From: an uncultured delta proteobacterium | Lineage (GTDB): Bacteria > Desulfobacterota > Binatia > Binatales > Binataceae | Assembly: GCA_963765675.1 (NCBI GenBank) | Contig: CAVXXK010000003.1 | Coordinates: 416,001 to 480,000, forward strand | Direction: 5' to 3' | DNA length: 64,000 nt | Part shown: piece by piece, positions 49,986 to 59,325 of the stretch | Layout: every line of letters starts with the position of its first letter | Numbering within the stretch: position 1 is the stretch's first letter | Program-made: the position numbers and the translations under genes | The notes under the pieces: generated by a model | Told to the model about the DNA's origin: nothing | The model's database searches: none | Seen by the model: only the letters and a program-made list of their open reading frames with translations

Positions 49986-50558
49986 TTAATCGTGGTGACG
50001 AGCATAGGGACAGCGCGAGAAGTGCTTAACAGTGGCGTCATACGAGATACAATCCGCAACCTTCCAAACCCTTCCGAAGATATCGCGATACGCTACCGCC
50101 GCCTCGAATTGTTTGTTCCAGTAATCGGACGTGGTGATGGTTCCGGCACCACTGATGAGCCGCGTGTCGCCGGCAGCCAGATTCCATCCGCTTTGAATTG
50201 GTTGTACGCGCCGGACGAAGGCGTTAAACGACAGCTCCGCGATATCGGGTGTACCGGCCGGTATGCCTTCGAAGAACCTCACGTTTATCTCCTCAGCAAC
50301 GGTAGTACCGACATTTCTCAATTTAAAGCTGATCCGATTTGTCATGCTGTTATTCGGACTAGAGGTAGAGCCAATATCAAAATCCTCGATTACCAAGTGT
50401 GCTCGCTGGACGGCCTCGGACTCCTCAAGTTGCTTAGCCAGAGTACCAGATTGGTTATGCATCTCAGACCATTGTTTATACGCGAAGGCAGCGTAGACAC
50501 TGGTAACGAGAGCGATCACTGACGTCAATCCAACTACCCATCGTTCGTAATTGTTCAT
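49986..50558 (-). CDS. Membrane-anchored hypothetical protein, AT-richer than flanks
   Basis: 190 aa, N-terminal TM, short coil, beta-rich domain. Confidence 0.65.
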   Translation of the reverse strand: MNNYERWVVGLTSVIALVTSVYAAFAYKQWSEMHNQSGTLAKQLEESEAVQRAHLVIEDFDIGSTSSPNNSMTNRISFKLRNVGTTVAEEINVRFFEGIPAGTPDIAELSFNAFVRRVQPIQSGWNLAAGDTRLISGAGTITTSDYWNKQFEAAVAYRDIFGRVWKVADCISYDATVKHFSRCPYARHHD

Positions 50559-50878
50559 AGCAAGTTCCTGAGGGCTCCTGTGGGAATCATTGGAATGGTT
50601 CTTACGGCTTACGCGCGCTTCAGCTCCACTTCCTCTGCCGCAAGTGCGGCGAGTACCATCGGCGACGCAAGGCCAAGGTCGCCCAATCCGTACGGGCCGC
50701 CTCCGTCCACAGAGAGTCTGCTAATCGTGACACCTTGTGGTTATGTGCGTCATGCGCTAGACTAGCCAAGTCGAGGTCTGCCGCAGCTCCTGCGGCGCCT
50801 CTTCGTGGGTCTTTCCTTGGCCGTCGGGCGTCCGCCAACTGCGCGAAAAAGTGGCTGAAATTGAGGTACCGAAAAGTC

Positions 50879-50967
50879 ACCAAACGAAGCCATACGAAGC
50901 CAATTTCGCCAGCATTTTCAAGGGATTTATTTTTTTAGCCACCTGGAAAAGATACCAAACGAACCCA
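50879..50967 (+). repeat. Short direct repeats ACCAAACGAA(G/C)CCA
   Basis: 50879-50892, partial copy 50894-50902, 50954-50967. Confidence 0.6.
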
Positions 50968-51107
50968 CCGCAAAACGCCCTAATATCAAAAAATCAAAGG
51001 CACTGCTCTGTCCGCAGCGGCGCGTGCAAGGTCCAAGAGCATTCGGCAGGGTCAGTTTTACGGCGGCCGTCATTCGCGGGCCGCTGCTGCACGTGTTCTG
51101 TTCCATG

Positions 51108-51264
51108 AGTGTCATTCCCGCGCGTGGCTGCCGCAGGAGAGCCTGTCCTGAGCCTGCCGAAGGAAATCCCGTTCTTATTCGCCGACCGTCCGCCACTGGC
51201 GGGTGAGTGCAAGTGCGCCTCGGGATTCCTCGCACGCGGCAGCCACGCGCGCGGGAATGACACT
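51108..51264. repeat. Palindromic element, copy 2 (same outer inverted ends, different core)
   Basis: AGTGTCATTCCCGCGCGTGGCTGCCGC ... GCGGCAGCCACGCGCGCGGGAATGACACT; core contains CCTGAGCCTGCCGAAGG. Confidence 0.85.
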
Positions 51265-51348
51265 TGGGCTCAAACTAACCCACCGCCGAGCATTCAAGTT
51301 GCCTGCGGCCTTCATCTTCGACATCGGAGATCTCAAGGACCGCGCCGA

Positions 51349-52755
51349 CTAGCTGCCCGAGTCTTCGAACACGTCGGCTACCGGGCTGTAGTTCTCGAAG
51401 CGCGTGTACTGGTTCAGGTAGGTCAGCTTCGCCGTGTCGGTCGGGCCGTTGCGCTGCTTGGCGATGATGATCTCGGCGACGCCCGGCTCTTTGGTGTCGC
51501 GATGATACATCTCGTCGCGGTAGATGAATCCTATTACGTCGGCGTCCTGCTCGATCGCGCCCGACTCGCGCAAGTCCGCGAGCAGCGGGCGGCGCTCGGG
51601 CCGCGTCTCGACCGCGCGGTTCAACTGCGACAGCGCGACCACCGGCACCCGCAGCTCCTTGGCGAGCGCCTTGAGCGAGCGCGAGATTTCCGAAATTTCC
51701 TTTTCGCGCGACTCGCCCGGCCGCGACGAGCGCATCAGTTGCATGTAGTCCACGATGATCAGGCCCAGGTTGTTGTTCTTGTCGCGCATCAAGCGGCGGC
51801 ACTTGGCCTTGAGCGTGATCGGCGAGATGTCCGACGAATCATCGATCACGATGTTCGACGCGCTCAGTCGATCCGCCGCTTCGATCAGCTTCGGAAAATC
51901 CTCCTTGCGGATAAACCCGGTGCGGACCTTCGAGCTGTCGACCCGCGCCTCCGAGGTGAGCAGCCGCAGCACCAGTTGCTCCTTCGACATTTCGAGCGAG
52001 AAGAACGCGACTCCCACCGGCTTGTCCGAGTGGATCGCCGCGTTGGCCGCGATGTTGAGCGCGAGCGCGCTCTTTCCCATCGAGGGGCGCGCCGCGATGA
52101 TGATCAGGTCCGAAGGCTGGAAGCCCGCCGTGATTCGATCGAGATCGTGAAACCCGGTCGGCACTCCGGTCACCATCTCTTTGCGCTCGTACAGCCGCTC
52201 GACCATCTTGATCGCGCCGACGGTCAGCTCGCGCATCCCGAAGAACGCGGGCTTGATGCGGCGCTCGGAGATCTCGAACACGCGATGCTCGGCGGAGTCG
52301 AGGAACTCCTCGACGTTGGCGGGCGCGTCGTAAGCGCCCGACGCGATCTCGGTCGCGATCGACGCGAGGCTTCGCAGGACGGATTTCTCGCGGACGATTC
52401 GCGCGTAGTGCGCGACGTTCGCCGCCGTCGGCACGATCGACGCCAGCTCCGCGATATACCCGGCGCCGCCGATCATCTCGAGCTTGCCGCGGTTGCGCAG
52501 CGCGTCGGTCAGCGTGATCGCGTCGACCGGCTGGCTATGGTCCGACAGCTCCGCCATCGCGCGGAAGATCTCGCGATGCGACTCGCGGTAGAAATCTTCC
52601 GGCGTGATGGTTTCGAGCGCGAAATTGATCGCGTCGTTATCGAGCAGGATCGCGCCGAGCACCGATTGTTCGGCTTCAAGATTTTGCGGCGGAACGCGCC
52701 GCAGGATGTCATCCGCACCGTCTGCCACACCACCACCTCCGACGCGCGCGAGCAT
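51349..52755 (-). CDS. dnaB: Replicative DNA helicase
   Basis: PPQNLEAEQSVLG, ARPSMGKS, FSLEM, VDYMQL, LSQLNR, DLRESGAIEQDAD, KQRNG. Confidence 0.97.
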   Translation of the reverse strand: MLARVGGGGVADGADDILRRVPPQNLEAEQSVLGAILLDNDAINFALETITPEDFYRESHREIFRAMAELSDHSQPVDAITLTDALRNRGKLEMIGGAGYIAELASIVPTAANVAHYARIVREKSVLRSLASIATEIASGAYDAPANVEEFLDSAEHRVFEISERRIKPAFFGMRELTVGAIKMVERLYERKEMVTGVPTGFHDLDRITAGFQPSDLIIIAARPSMGKSALALNIAANAAIHSDKPVGVAFFSLEMSKEQLVLRLLTSEARVDSSKVRTGFIRKEDFPKLIEAADRLSASNIVIDDSSDISPITLKAKCRRLMRDKNNNLGLIIVDYMQLMRSSRPGESREKEISEISRSLKALAKELRVPVVALSQLNRAVETRPERRPLLADLRESGAIEQDADVIGFIYRDEMYHRDTKEPGVAEIIIAKQRNGPTDTAKLTYLNQYTRFENYSPVADVFEDSGS

Positions 52756-52810
52756 ATGTAAGGGGCGCGATTATGCGCGAACCCGCCGGCGCCATCAAGT
52801 GACTTTTGTC

Positions 52811-52863
52811 AGATCAACACGATGTCCCGAGCTTGTGAAGAGGTTATCCACCGCGTATCGACA
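52811..52863. promoter_or_regulatory. Cluster of DnaA-box-like sites upstream of dnaB
   Basis: TTATCCACC 52844 (8/9), GTATCGACA 52855 (7/9), weaker TGTGAAGAG 52834 and AGATCAACA 52811. Confidence 0.45.
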
Positions 52864-53581
52864 GCCGTTGTCCGGCGCGGCGGCGCGGCTTTTTGCGCGC
52901 CAGCATCGGTCCGACGAGCATCCCGAACAAGAATCCACCGACATGCGCCCACCACGCCACTCCACCGGCGATCGCGCCATGCGAACCCGCTGCGATTCCG
53001 GCATAGAGCTGAACTCCGAACCACACCAGCAGGTAAATCGCGGCCGGAATTTCGATTCTCATGAGATAGAAGAAAATCGGCAGCACGGTGAGGATTCGGC
53101 CGCGCGGATAGAGAATGAAATACGCGCCGAGCACGCCCGCGATCGCGCCCGACGCTCCAATCACAGGAACGATCGACGCGGGCGCCATCGCGACAGTCGC
53201 GATCGCGGCGGCGATTCCCGAAGCGAAATAGAAAGCCAGGTAGCGCCGCGATCCCAGCCGGTATTCCACCGCCGCGCCGAAGATGAACAGGTAGAGCATG
53301 TTGCCGGCGATATGCCAGACGCCGCCATGCAGGAACATCGAGGAGAGAATCGTCGCGAGCGGCGCCGCGAGTGTCGCAAGCGGCGCGGCGGCCTGCGGAT
53401 GCGCGAGCGCCGCGGCCGCATCGGACACGCGCACCGGAACCATCGCGAAGCGCGCGAGGAATCCGATCGCGTCCGGCCCGAGCGTCAGCTCGTAGATGAA
53501 AACCGCCAGGTTGGCGACGATCAACGCCGAGTTCACCGGAGTCAGGCGGCGCGGCGCGGCACTATCGCGAAGCGGAATCAT
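52844..53581 (-). CDS. Rhomboid intramembrane serine protease
   Basis: MIPLRD, FLHGG..HIAGNM, GASG, AHVGG. Confidence 0.93.
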   Translation of the reverse strand: MIPLRDSAAPRRLTPVNSALIVANLAVFIYELTLGPDAIGFLARFAMVPVRVSDAAAALAHPQAAAPLATLAAPLATILSSMFLHGGVWHIAGNMLYLFIFGAAVEYRLGSRRYLAFYFASGIAAAIATVAMAPASIVPVIGASGAIAGVLGAYFILYPRGRILTVLPIFFYLMRIEIPAAIYLLVWFGVQLYAGIAAGSHGAIAGGVAWWAHVGGFLFGMLVGPMLARKKPRRRAGQRLSIRGG

Positions 53582-53756
53582 TTTACGCAAGCCAAAGATC
53601 GGCGGTATCGTACAGGCTGTCCGCAGGCGGAAGCGAGACGCATCGCGCGACCGCGTCGCTTGAGGATCGCGGCGATGTGTGCGAGAAAGTTCGCGAGCCT
53701 GCGTGTGCGCAGATCAAACCGGTGCGCGCGGGTTCACCCTCAGGAGGTCAAGGATA

Positions 53757-54482
53757 ATGGAAGTTGTGTCACAGGAAGTAATGGTGACGACGGGCGCCGA
53801 GAAGATGCCGGCGCATCTGGCGCGGCCCGCGTCGGGCGGACCCTACCCCGCGCTGGTAGTGGTGATGGAAGCGTTCGGGCTCAACGCCCATATCAAGAGC
53901 ATCACCAACCGCTTCGCGGCCGAGGGCTTCGTCGCGATATCGCCGAACCTCTATTTTCGCCAGCCCAACAACGTGGTCGCGTACAATGATCTGCCGAGCG
54001 CGTTTCGCCTGATGGGATCGATTAACGACGATCAGATCGTCGCCGATATGACCGCGTCGATAAATTTTCTCAAGACGCAGAAGGACGTGAAGCCCGCCTT
54101 CGGAACCGTCGGCTTCTGCATGGGCGGACGCGTGAGCTTTCTGACCGCGTGCCGCAATCCCGACGTCAAGGCGACCGCGCCGTACTATGGCGGCGGGATG
54201 GTGACCTCGCGCCAGGCGGGCGTGACGCCGCCGATCGCATATGTCGAGGGACTTAAGGGTCCGGTGCTGGCGTTCTTCGGCGGCAAGGACGCGTTCATTC
54301 CGATCACGGAAGTCGACGCGTTCCGCGACGCGCTCAAGAAATCCGGCAAGCCGGCCGAGGTCGTGTTCTATCCCGACGCCGATCACGGCTTCATGTGCGA
54401 CGACCGCCCGTCGCATCATCCGCAGCACGCCAAGGAGGCGTTCGCCAAGACGATCGCATTCTTCAAGCAGAACCTTGCGTGA
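53757..54482 (+). CDS. Dienelactone hydrolase family protein
   Basis: EAFGLN, GFCMGG, ADHGF; SD AGGAGG. Confidence 0.93.
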   Translation: MEVVSQEVMVTTGAEKMPAHLARPASGGPYPALVVVMEAFGLNAHIKSITNRFAAEGFVAISPNLYFRQPNNVVAYNDLPSAFRLMGSINDDQIVADMTASINFLKTQKDVKPAFGTVGFCMGGRVSFLTACRNPDVKATAPYYGGGMVTSRQAGVTPPIAYVEGLKGPVLAFFGGKDAFIPITEVDAFRDALKKSGKPAEVVFYPDADHGFMCDDRPSHHPQHAKEAFAKTIAFFKQNLA

Positions 54483-54530
54483 GGATTCGATCATCGGACG
54501 CGGCGAGCGCAATCACGATCGGGCAAACAA

Positions 54531-54995
54531 ATGACTGATGGCAAGCGGGCCGGGCTTTACCGGCCCGCGCTCTTTTTGCTCGCCGCCGCCGCGATTCTGT
54601 GCGCGGCGGCGTGCTATTCATCAAACTACCGCAAGGAACTCTCCGCGAATACGGATCTGATCTCCCAGCTCGCGGACAAGCTCGCCGACTACTGCAACGC
54701 GGGCTTCATGATCGAGAACCGGCAGGTCTCGTCGGAAGAGATGGGCGAATTTTATTACGCGCTGAAGAAGGCGCGCGGCCTCTCCGCGACGACGACGCGC
54801 GACTCCGCACGCGCCTCGTATCGCGACTTCGACGCGATGCTCGACGCCTACCAGAGCTTCGTCCGCAACGCGGACGAGTACCGCTTGGCGGGCGCTCGCG
54901 ATCCCGCGAAGCTCGCCGCGCTGATGCGGCAGCATCAAGCGGTCGAGTCCGCCGCCGCAAAAGTCCGCGCCGACTTGGCGAAGGAGAATGGATGA
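54531..54995 (+). CDS. Hypothetical lipoprotein
   Basis: Hydrophobic stretch ending AAAC, helical body. Confidence 0.65.
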   Translation: MTDGKRAGLYRPALFLLAAAAILCAAACYSSNYRKELSANTDLISQLADKLADYCNAGFMIENRQVSSEEMGEFYYALKKARGLSATTTRDSARASYRDFDAMLDAYQSFVRNADEYRLAGARDPAKLAALMRQHQAVESAAAKVRADLAKENG

Positions 54996-55009
54996 CCCGT
55001 CGTCCGTCG

Positions 55010-55268
55010 CCTGATCCCTCGCCCTGAAAGGGCGAGGTACCAGAAGGCGCGATTAACAAAGAAAGCTCTGAGCATGGCCGCCCTCACCCGCGCGTCACGG
55101 CGATTGCTGAAAGAAGCAATCGCCGCGCCGCTTGCCCTCTCCCGGAGGGAGAGGGAATCTCAGAGACGCCGCGCCGCCCGCGTGCCCATGGCACCTCCCG
55201 GAGGGAGAGGGTATCGGCAAAGCTTGCGTCGCCCAAGTGACGGTGGCACCTCCCCGGAGCGAGAGGGA
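55010..55268. repeat. Cluster of CCCTC(T/G)CCC-GGGAGAGGG palindromic units between convergent genes
   Basis: Full unit 55076-55156; partial units at about 55016-55037, 55194-55211 and 55248-55268. Confidence 0.8.
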
Positions 55269-55288
55269 ATTTCAGAAAAGGCCAGGAC

Positions 55289-55966
55289 TCACTTCCAGGC
55301 GTTGCCGTAGCGATCGAGGCATACTACCTCGCTCACTGGGCGGCGCTTTATCGGGCCGAACTTGTCGCTGGGATAGCCGATCGGCATCAGCGCGTAGGTC
55401 GCCACCTCGGGCGGAAGACCGAGCACGGCGCGGACCTCATCTTCATAGAACGCGTGAATCGTCGTGAGGCAGGTGCCAAGCCCGAGCGCGCGGCAGGCGA
55501 GGATGATGTTCTGCACGGCGGGGTAGATGCTCGAGCCGCTCATCCGCACCATCCCGCGCATCTTGTCGAGGATCTCGGGCGGCAGCTTCGGCGGAGGTCC
55601 CGAGGGCGCGGTCTGCTTGAGGCACGCGACCAGCAGGACCGGAGCGTCGGCCATGTGGTTGACCAGGTAGGTCGCCGCGGCCATCAGCTTGTCGAAGGTC
55701 GATTGCGCCATGTGCTCCGGCTTGGTGCGATTCGCATAGAGCGCGAACAGGATATCGCCGCCCTTGCGGTAGATGTCGCCGAGCTTCTTGCGCTGCGCCG
55801 CGTCCTTGACCACGACGAACAGCCACGACTGCTCGTTGCTGCCCGAGGGCGCGCGAATCGCGGCGTCGAGGACTTTGGTCAGCACCTCGTCGGGCACGGG
55901 ATCGGGTTTGAACCTGCGCAGCGCGCGCGCGGAATACATCGCTTCAAAAAGATCCATCTCAGCCAT
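55289..55966 (-). CDS. Nitroreductase family protein
   Basis: RALRRFKPDPVP, APSGSNEQ, AVQNIILACRALGLG, PIGYP. Confidence 0.92.
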   Translation of the reverse strand: MAEMDLFEAMYSARALRRFKPDPVPDEVLTKVLDAAIRAPSGSNEQSWLFVVVKDAAQRKKLGDIYRKGGDILFALYANRTKPEHMAQSTFDKLMAAATYLVNHMADAPVLLVACLKQTAPSGPPPKLPPEILDKMRGMVRMSGSSIYPAVQNIILACRALGLGTCLTTIHAFYEDEVRAVLGLPPEVATYALMPIGYPSDKFGPIKRRPVSEVVCLDRYGNAWK

Positions 55967-56020
55967 GAGGTTTCTCCCAAGTCGGATTGTAGTCAGCCGA
56001 GTATCAGTCATCCGTACGCG

Positions 56021-56051
56021 AAAAAAAAGGGCGGCCCGCTTCGGCCGCCCT
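56021..56051 (-). terminator. Intrinsic terminator after VOC gene
   Basis: AGGGCGGCC / GGCCGCCCT stem with a run of U on the minus strand. Confidence 0.85.
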
Positions 56052-56077
56052 GTGCAAACTCTAAATCGAGCGCGTGA

Positions 56078-56644
56078 TCATATAGGATGATGCGTGCCCG
56101 GCGGGCGCTCGGTGCTCATCAGGAACTTCATCACCTTTTTCGCCTCAGTAGGATCTTCGACCATCGGGCCCGGCTGATCATGATGCTTCATGATCTTGTC
56201 GTCGGCATTAAACTCGCGCACCGTGGTGCAGAACTCGAGCAGCAATCCATTGGGATCGCGAAAATAGATCGACCGGCACCATTCGTGGTCAACCACCGCG
56301 GTTACATCGACGCCGCGCTCGATCAGTGTCGCGCGCTTGGCCTCGAGCTCCTGGACCGTGTCGCAGTTGAAGGCGAAATGATAGAAGCCGCTCGGCAATC
56401 CCTGCGCGCTGTTGATGTCGGTGGCCCATTCGGTCGGGATGCCGGGAACTTTTTCGGGACACATGAACGCGACCATCGAGCCGTCGCCGGTGTTCATGAA
56501 GACATGCTTGATCTTGCCGCCGCCCTGGGTCTCGATCACGTCGGCCCACGCGATTTCCCATCCGAGTTTCTGCGTATAGAACTCGACCGTGCGGTCGATA
56601 TCGAGCGTGGCCAGGCCAAGATGATGAACTCCTGTACGTTTCAT
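56078..56644 (-). CDS. VOC/glyoxalase family protein
   Basis: GVHHLGL, YHFAF, SIYFRDPNGLLLEF; start MKRTG with SD GAGGAGG. Confidence 0.9.
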   Translation of the reverse strand: MKRTGVHHLGLATLDIDRTVEFYTQKLGWEIAWADVIETQGGGKIKHVFMNTGDGSMVAFMCPEKVPGIPTEWATDINSAQGLPSGFYHFAFNCDTVQELEAKRATLIERGVDVTAVVDHEWCRSIYFRDPNGLLLEFCTTVREFNADDKIMKHHDQPGPMVEDPTEAKKVMKFLMSTERPPGTHHPI

Positions 56645-56747
56645 CGCGGAACCCTCCTCTGAACGATAGTTCAGACCGACTGCACGATAATCTAGCATCC
56701 GGGCATGGGGGTTAGTCAAAGCCTCCCCGAACGATCGTTCAGTAGAT

Positions 56748-57006
56748 CGCTGCGCGCGAGGGATCCCGGACGAAAGGCCGTTGCCTCAGACGCGGGCTCG
56801 GAGCACGGACGCCTCGGGATTTCTCCCTTCGGTCGAAATGACGGATGTGGGTTTGGTGCATGAGTATCGTAGTCTCAGCCGAGCCCGCGATCGTCATTCC
56901 GAGCCCAGGGCGAGGAATCCCGAGGCGTCCATGCTCCGAGTCCGCGTATCATGCTGTGCTCTCTCGTCGGAGATTCCTCGCGCGGCAGCCACGCGCGGGA
57001 ATGACA
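56748..57006. repeat. Composite palindromic element, copy 3 (homologous to 29002-29276, left end truncated)
   Basis: Shares GCCTCGGGATTTCTCCCTTCGGTCGAAATGACGGATGT, CGTCATTCCGAGCC, GGCGTCCATGCTCCGAGTCC and right end GCAGCCACGCGCGGGAATGACA. Confidence 0.88.
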
Positions 57007-57034
57007 AACTACAATCGTTCAGGAAACGAAGCGA

Positions 57035-57694
57035 TCAATCGAGGCGGATGAGCTTGTGCTTGATCGCGTAGCGCACGATCGCGGCGGTCGAGCGGAGGTC
57101 GAGTTTCTGCTTCAAGTTCTCGCGATGCACCTGCGCGGTCTTGGGGCTGATGCCCAGGCGCTGCGCGATGTCCTTGGTGGTGGCGCCGTCGCCGATGAGG
57201 CGCAGGACCTCGCGCTCGCGGCGGGTGAGGCGCGGGCCACCCTTCTCTCCGGGCGGGAGCGGATGGCGCAGGCGTCCGAGCACGATCGGCGCGACCGAGG
57301 GACTCAGGTAGCGCCGCCCCGAATGCACCGCGCGCACCGCGGCCACGAGTTCGCTGGAAGCGTCGGTCTTCACCAGGTATCCGGCGGCGCCCGCCTCGCC
57401 AAGAGCCTCGATCACATATTCCTCGTCGTCGTACTGGCTCAGCACCAGCACCTTGCTGGCGGGACAATCGCGCGCAATGCGATGGACCGCCGCGAGGCCG
57501 CCGAGACCCGGCATCCCGAGATCCAGCACCACGACGTGCGGATGCAATCGCTCGGCGAGCTGGATCGCGGCCTCGCCGCTGGCGGCCTCGCCGACGATCT
57601 CGCATTCGGGTTCGAGTACGAGCCGCAGCGCCTCGCGAAAGATGCGATGGTCGTCGACGAGCAGGACGCGGATTGGTCCGTGTTGATCGCTCAT
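57035..57694 (-). CDS. NarL/LuxR family response regulator
   Basis: VDDH, VLDLGMP, LTRREREVL HTH. Confidence 0.95.
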   Translation of the reverse strand: MSDQHGPIRVLLVDDHRIFREALRLVLEPECEIVGEAASGEAAIQLAERLHPHVVVLDLGMPGLGGLAAVHRIARDCPASKVLVLSQYDDEEYVIEALGEAGAAGYLVKTDASSELVAAVRAVHSGRRYLSPSVAPIVLGRLRHPLPPGEKGGPRLTRREREVLRLIGDGATTKDIAQRLGISPKTAQVHRENLKQKLDLRSTAAIVRYAIKHKLIRLD

Positions 57695-59280
57695 GCGGGC
57701 TCCGGAATTTCCGCGCGCAGCACAGTGCCCGAGGGACCCGACTCAATTTCGAGCTTCCCGCCCATCAGTTCGAGCCGCTCGCGAATACCGCCAAGACCCG
57801 CCGTGGCGAGCGTGTCCGATCGCGCCGGTATCCCGCGGCCGTTGTCGCGCACGATCACGCGCGCACAGTGTTCGTCGCGCTCGACCGCGACTTCGACGTT
57901 GCTCGCTCCCGAATGGCGCGCGACGTTGGCCAGCGCCTCGCGCGCGACCTGCCAGCATAGCCGCTGCACCGCGGGCGAGATTCGCGCGGCGCCCTTTGCA
58001 GCCAGCAGATGAACCTCGATTCCCTGCTGCCGCATCCGCCCGGCCTCGGACTGGAGCGCATCGGCCAGCGTGACGCGCCCGAGCGCGGGCGGCTTGAGCT
58101 CGCGGATACGCGCACGCAGCTCCTGCGAGATTTGCCGGAACAGGCTTCGCGCTTCTTCGGTGCCGCCTTCGAGCGCGATCTGCGCCGCCGCGAGCAACTG
58201 CGCCTGGTCGTCGTGCAGGTCGCGGGCGATTCGCGAGCGCTCGTCGTCGATCGCGGCGTACATCCTGAGCGCCATGCGGCTGACCAGCGCGCGGTATCCT
58301 TCGAGCGCGTCTTCGGCGACCCATGCGCGCATAAGCGGTGCGAGCCGCGCGCCGAAAGCTTCGGCTCGCGCGCGAAACCCGGGAGCCGCGATATCGCCTT
58401 CGCCAAGTCCGATCACGGCAGGTCCCGAGGAAAATACGATCCACGCTCCGCCGAAAATTTTGTCTTCGGGCATCGCGCGCGGCGCGGCGGAATCGGACAC
58501 GCGCGTGAACGTCCTGCCGGTGCGCGCGCATTCGGCGATCGCCGAGGACTCCGCGAGCTCGCGCGGCGGCGCAACCGTGCGGGATGCCGCTACAACTCGC
58601 AGCGCGCCGTCGCTCGGCGCGGCGACCAGCCACCGGGCGCATCCGAGCGCGCGCGCCACCGCTTCGCCCATCGCGGCCATGCGCCCCGCTCCGTCCAGCG
58701 CCGCGATTTCCCGGATCGCGCGTTCCAAAGCCTCGCGCTCGGCTTCGCGCGCGGCGCCGGTCGCCTCTATTTTCGCACCGCGAGCGAGAACCGCGGCGCC
58801 ACGATTGCGCCAGAAGCCGCGCAAGTTCGCGCTCTCCGCGCCTGCGACCGCGGCGAGCGCGGCACGCGCGACGAGTTCAAGTATCGCTTGAGTTTTTGGA
58901 ACCGCGCGGGCGGAGTCCTTCGGATGCGCGAGCCCGACCCGCACGGCGATAACTCCTTCGCGAAGCGCAAGGCCGATTACGCCCGGCGCAATTTCTGTTG
59001 CGCGAATTTCCTGCGCGGTGCCGCCGGTCCGGTGAGCGAACGCAGCCAGAGCGATCTGTGCGCCGCTTGCCGCATCGCCTGACGCGGTTGCCGCAGCGGC
59101 GATGTCGGCGGCGCCGCCGGGAGCGTCCCATGCGACGGCGCATGCGCTGGCGCCGAGCGCAGTTCGGCCCAGTTCGGCTATTTTGGTGATCGCCGCGCAA
59201 AGCTGTGCGGCTTGTTTTGCGCTTTGCGCCGCGGCGCTCGCCGCGCGACGAACTTCATGCAGTGGTTTAGCTTCGCGCAC
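57691..59280 (-). CDS. HisKA_3 (NarX-type) sensor histidine kinase, apparently cytoplasmic
   Basis: ERSRIARDLHD, EALANVARH, DNGRG, GLGGIRER. Confidence 0.88.
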   Translation of the reverse strand: MREAKPLHEVRRAASAAAQSAKQAAQLCAAITKIAELGRTALGASACAVAWDAPGGAADIAAAATASGDAASGAQIALAAFAHRTGGTAQEIRATEIAPGVIGLALREGVIAVRVGLAHPKDSARAVPKTQAILELVARAALAAVAGAESANLRGFWRNRGAAVLARGAKIEATGAAREAEREALERAIREIAALDGAGRMAAMGEAVARALGCARWLVAAPSDGALRVVAASRTVAPPRELAESSAIAECARTGRTFTRVSDSAAPRAMPEDKIFGGAWIVFSSGPAVIGLGEGDIAAPGFRARAEAFGARLAPLMRAWVAEDALEGYRALVSRMALRMYAAIDDERSRIARDLHDDQAQLLAAAQIALEGGTEEARSLFRQISQELRARIRELKPPALGRVTLADALQSEAGRMRQQGIEVHLLAAKGAARISPAVQRLCWQVAREALANVARHSGASNVEVAVERDEHCARVIVRDNGRGIPARSDTLATAGLGGIRERLELMGGKLEIESGPSGTVLRAEIPEPA

Positions 59281-59325
59281 GCCATCCCCTTTTCTGGCGG
59301 AGCGATTATCGTACCGCGACTACAT

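Noticed and set aside
49968-50522. 184-aa plus-strand ORF
   Set aside because: Antisense to the more protein-like 49986-50558 ORF
51109-52761. 550-aa plus-strand ORF and similar long antisense ORFs (13681-15249, 52604-53989, 60808-62319, 62493-63923)
   Set aside because: Shadow frames of well-supported genes in high-GC DNA; Arg-rich with no family motifs
55010-55268. CRISPR array
   Set aside because: Units are degenerate and of unequal length, match a dispersed palindromic repeat, and no cas genes are present
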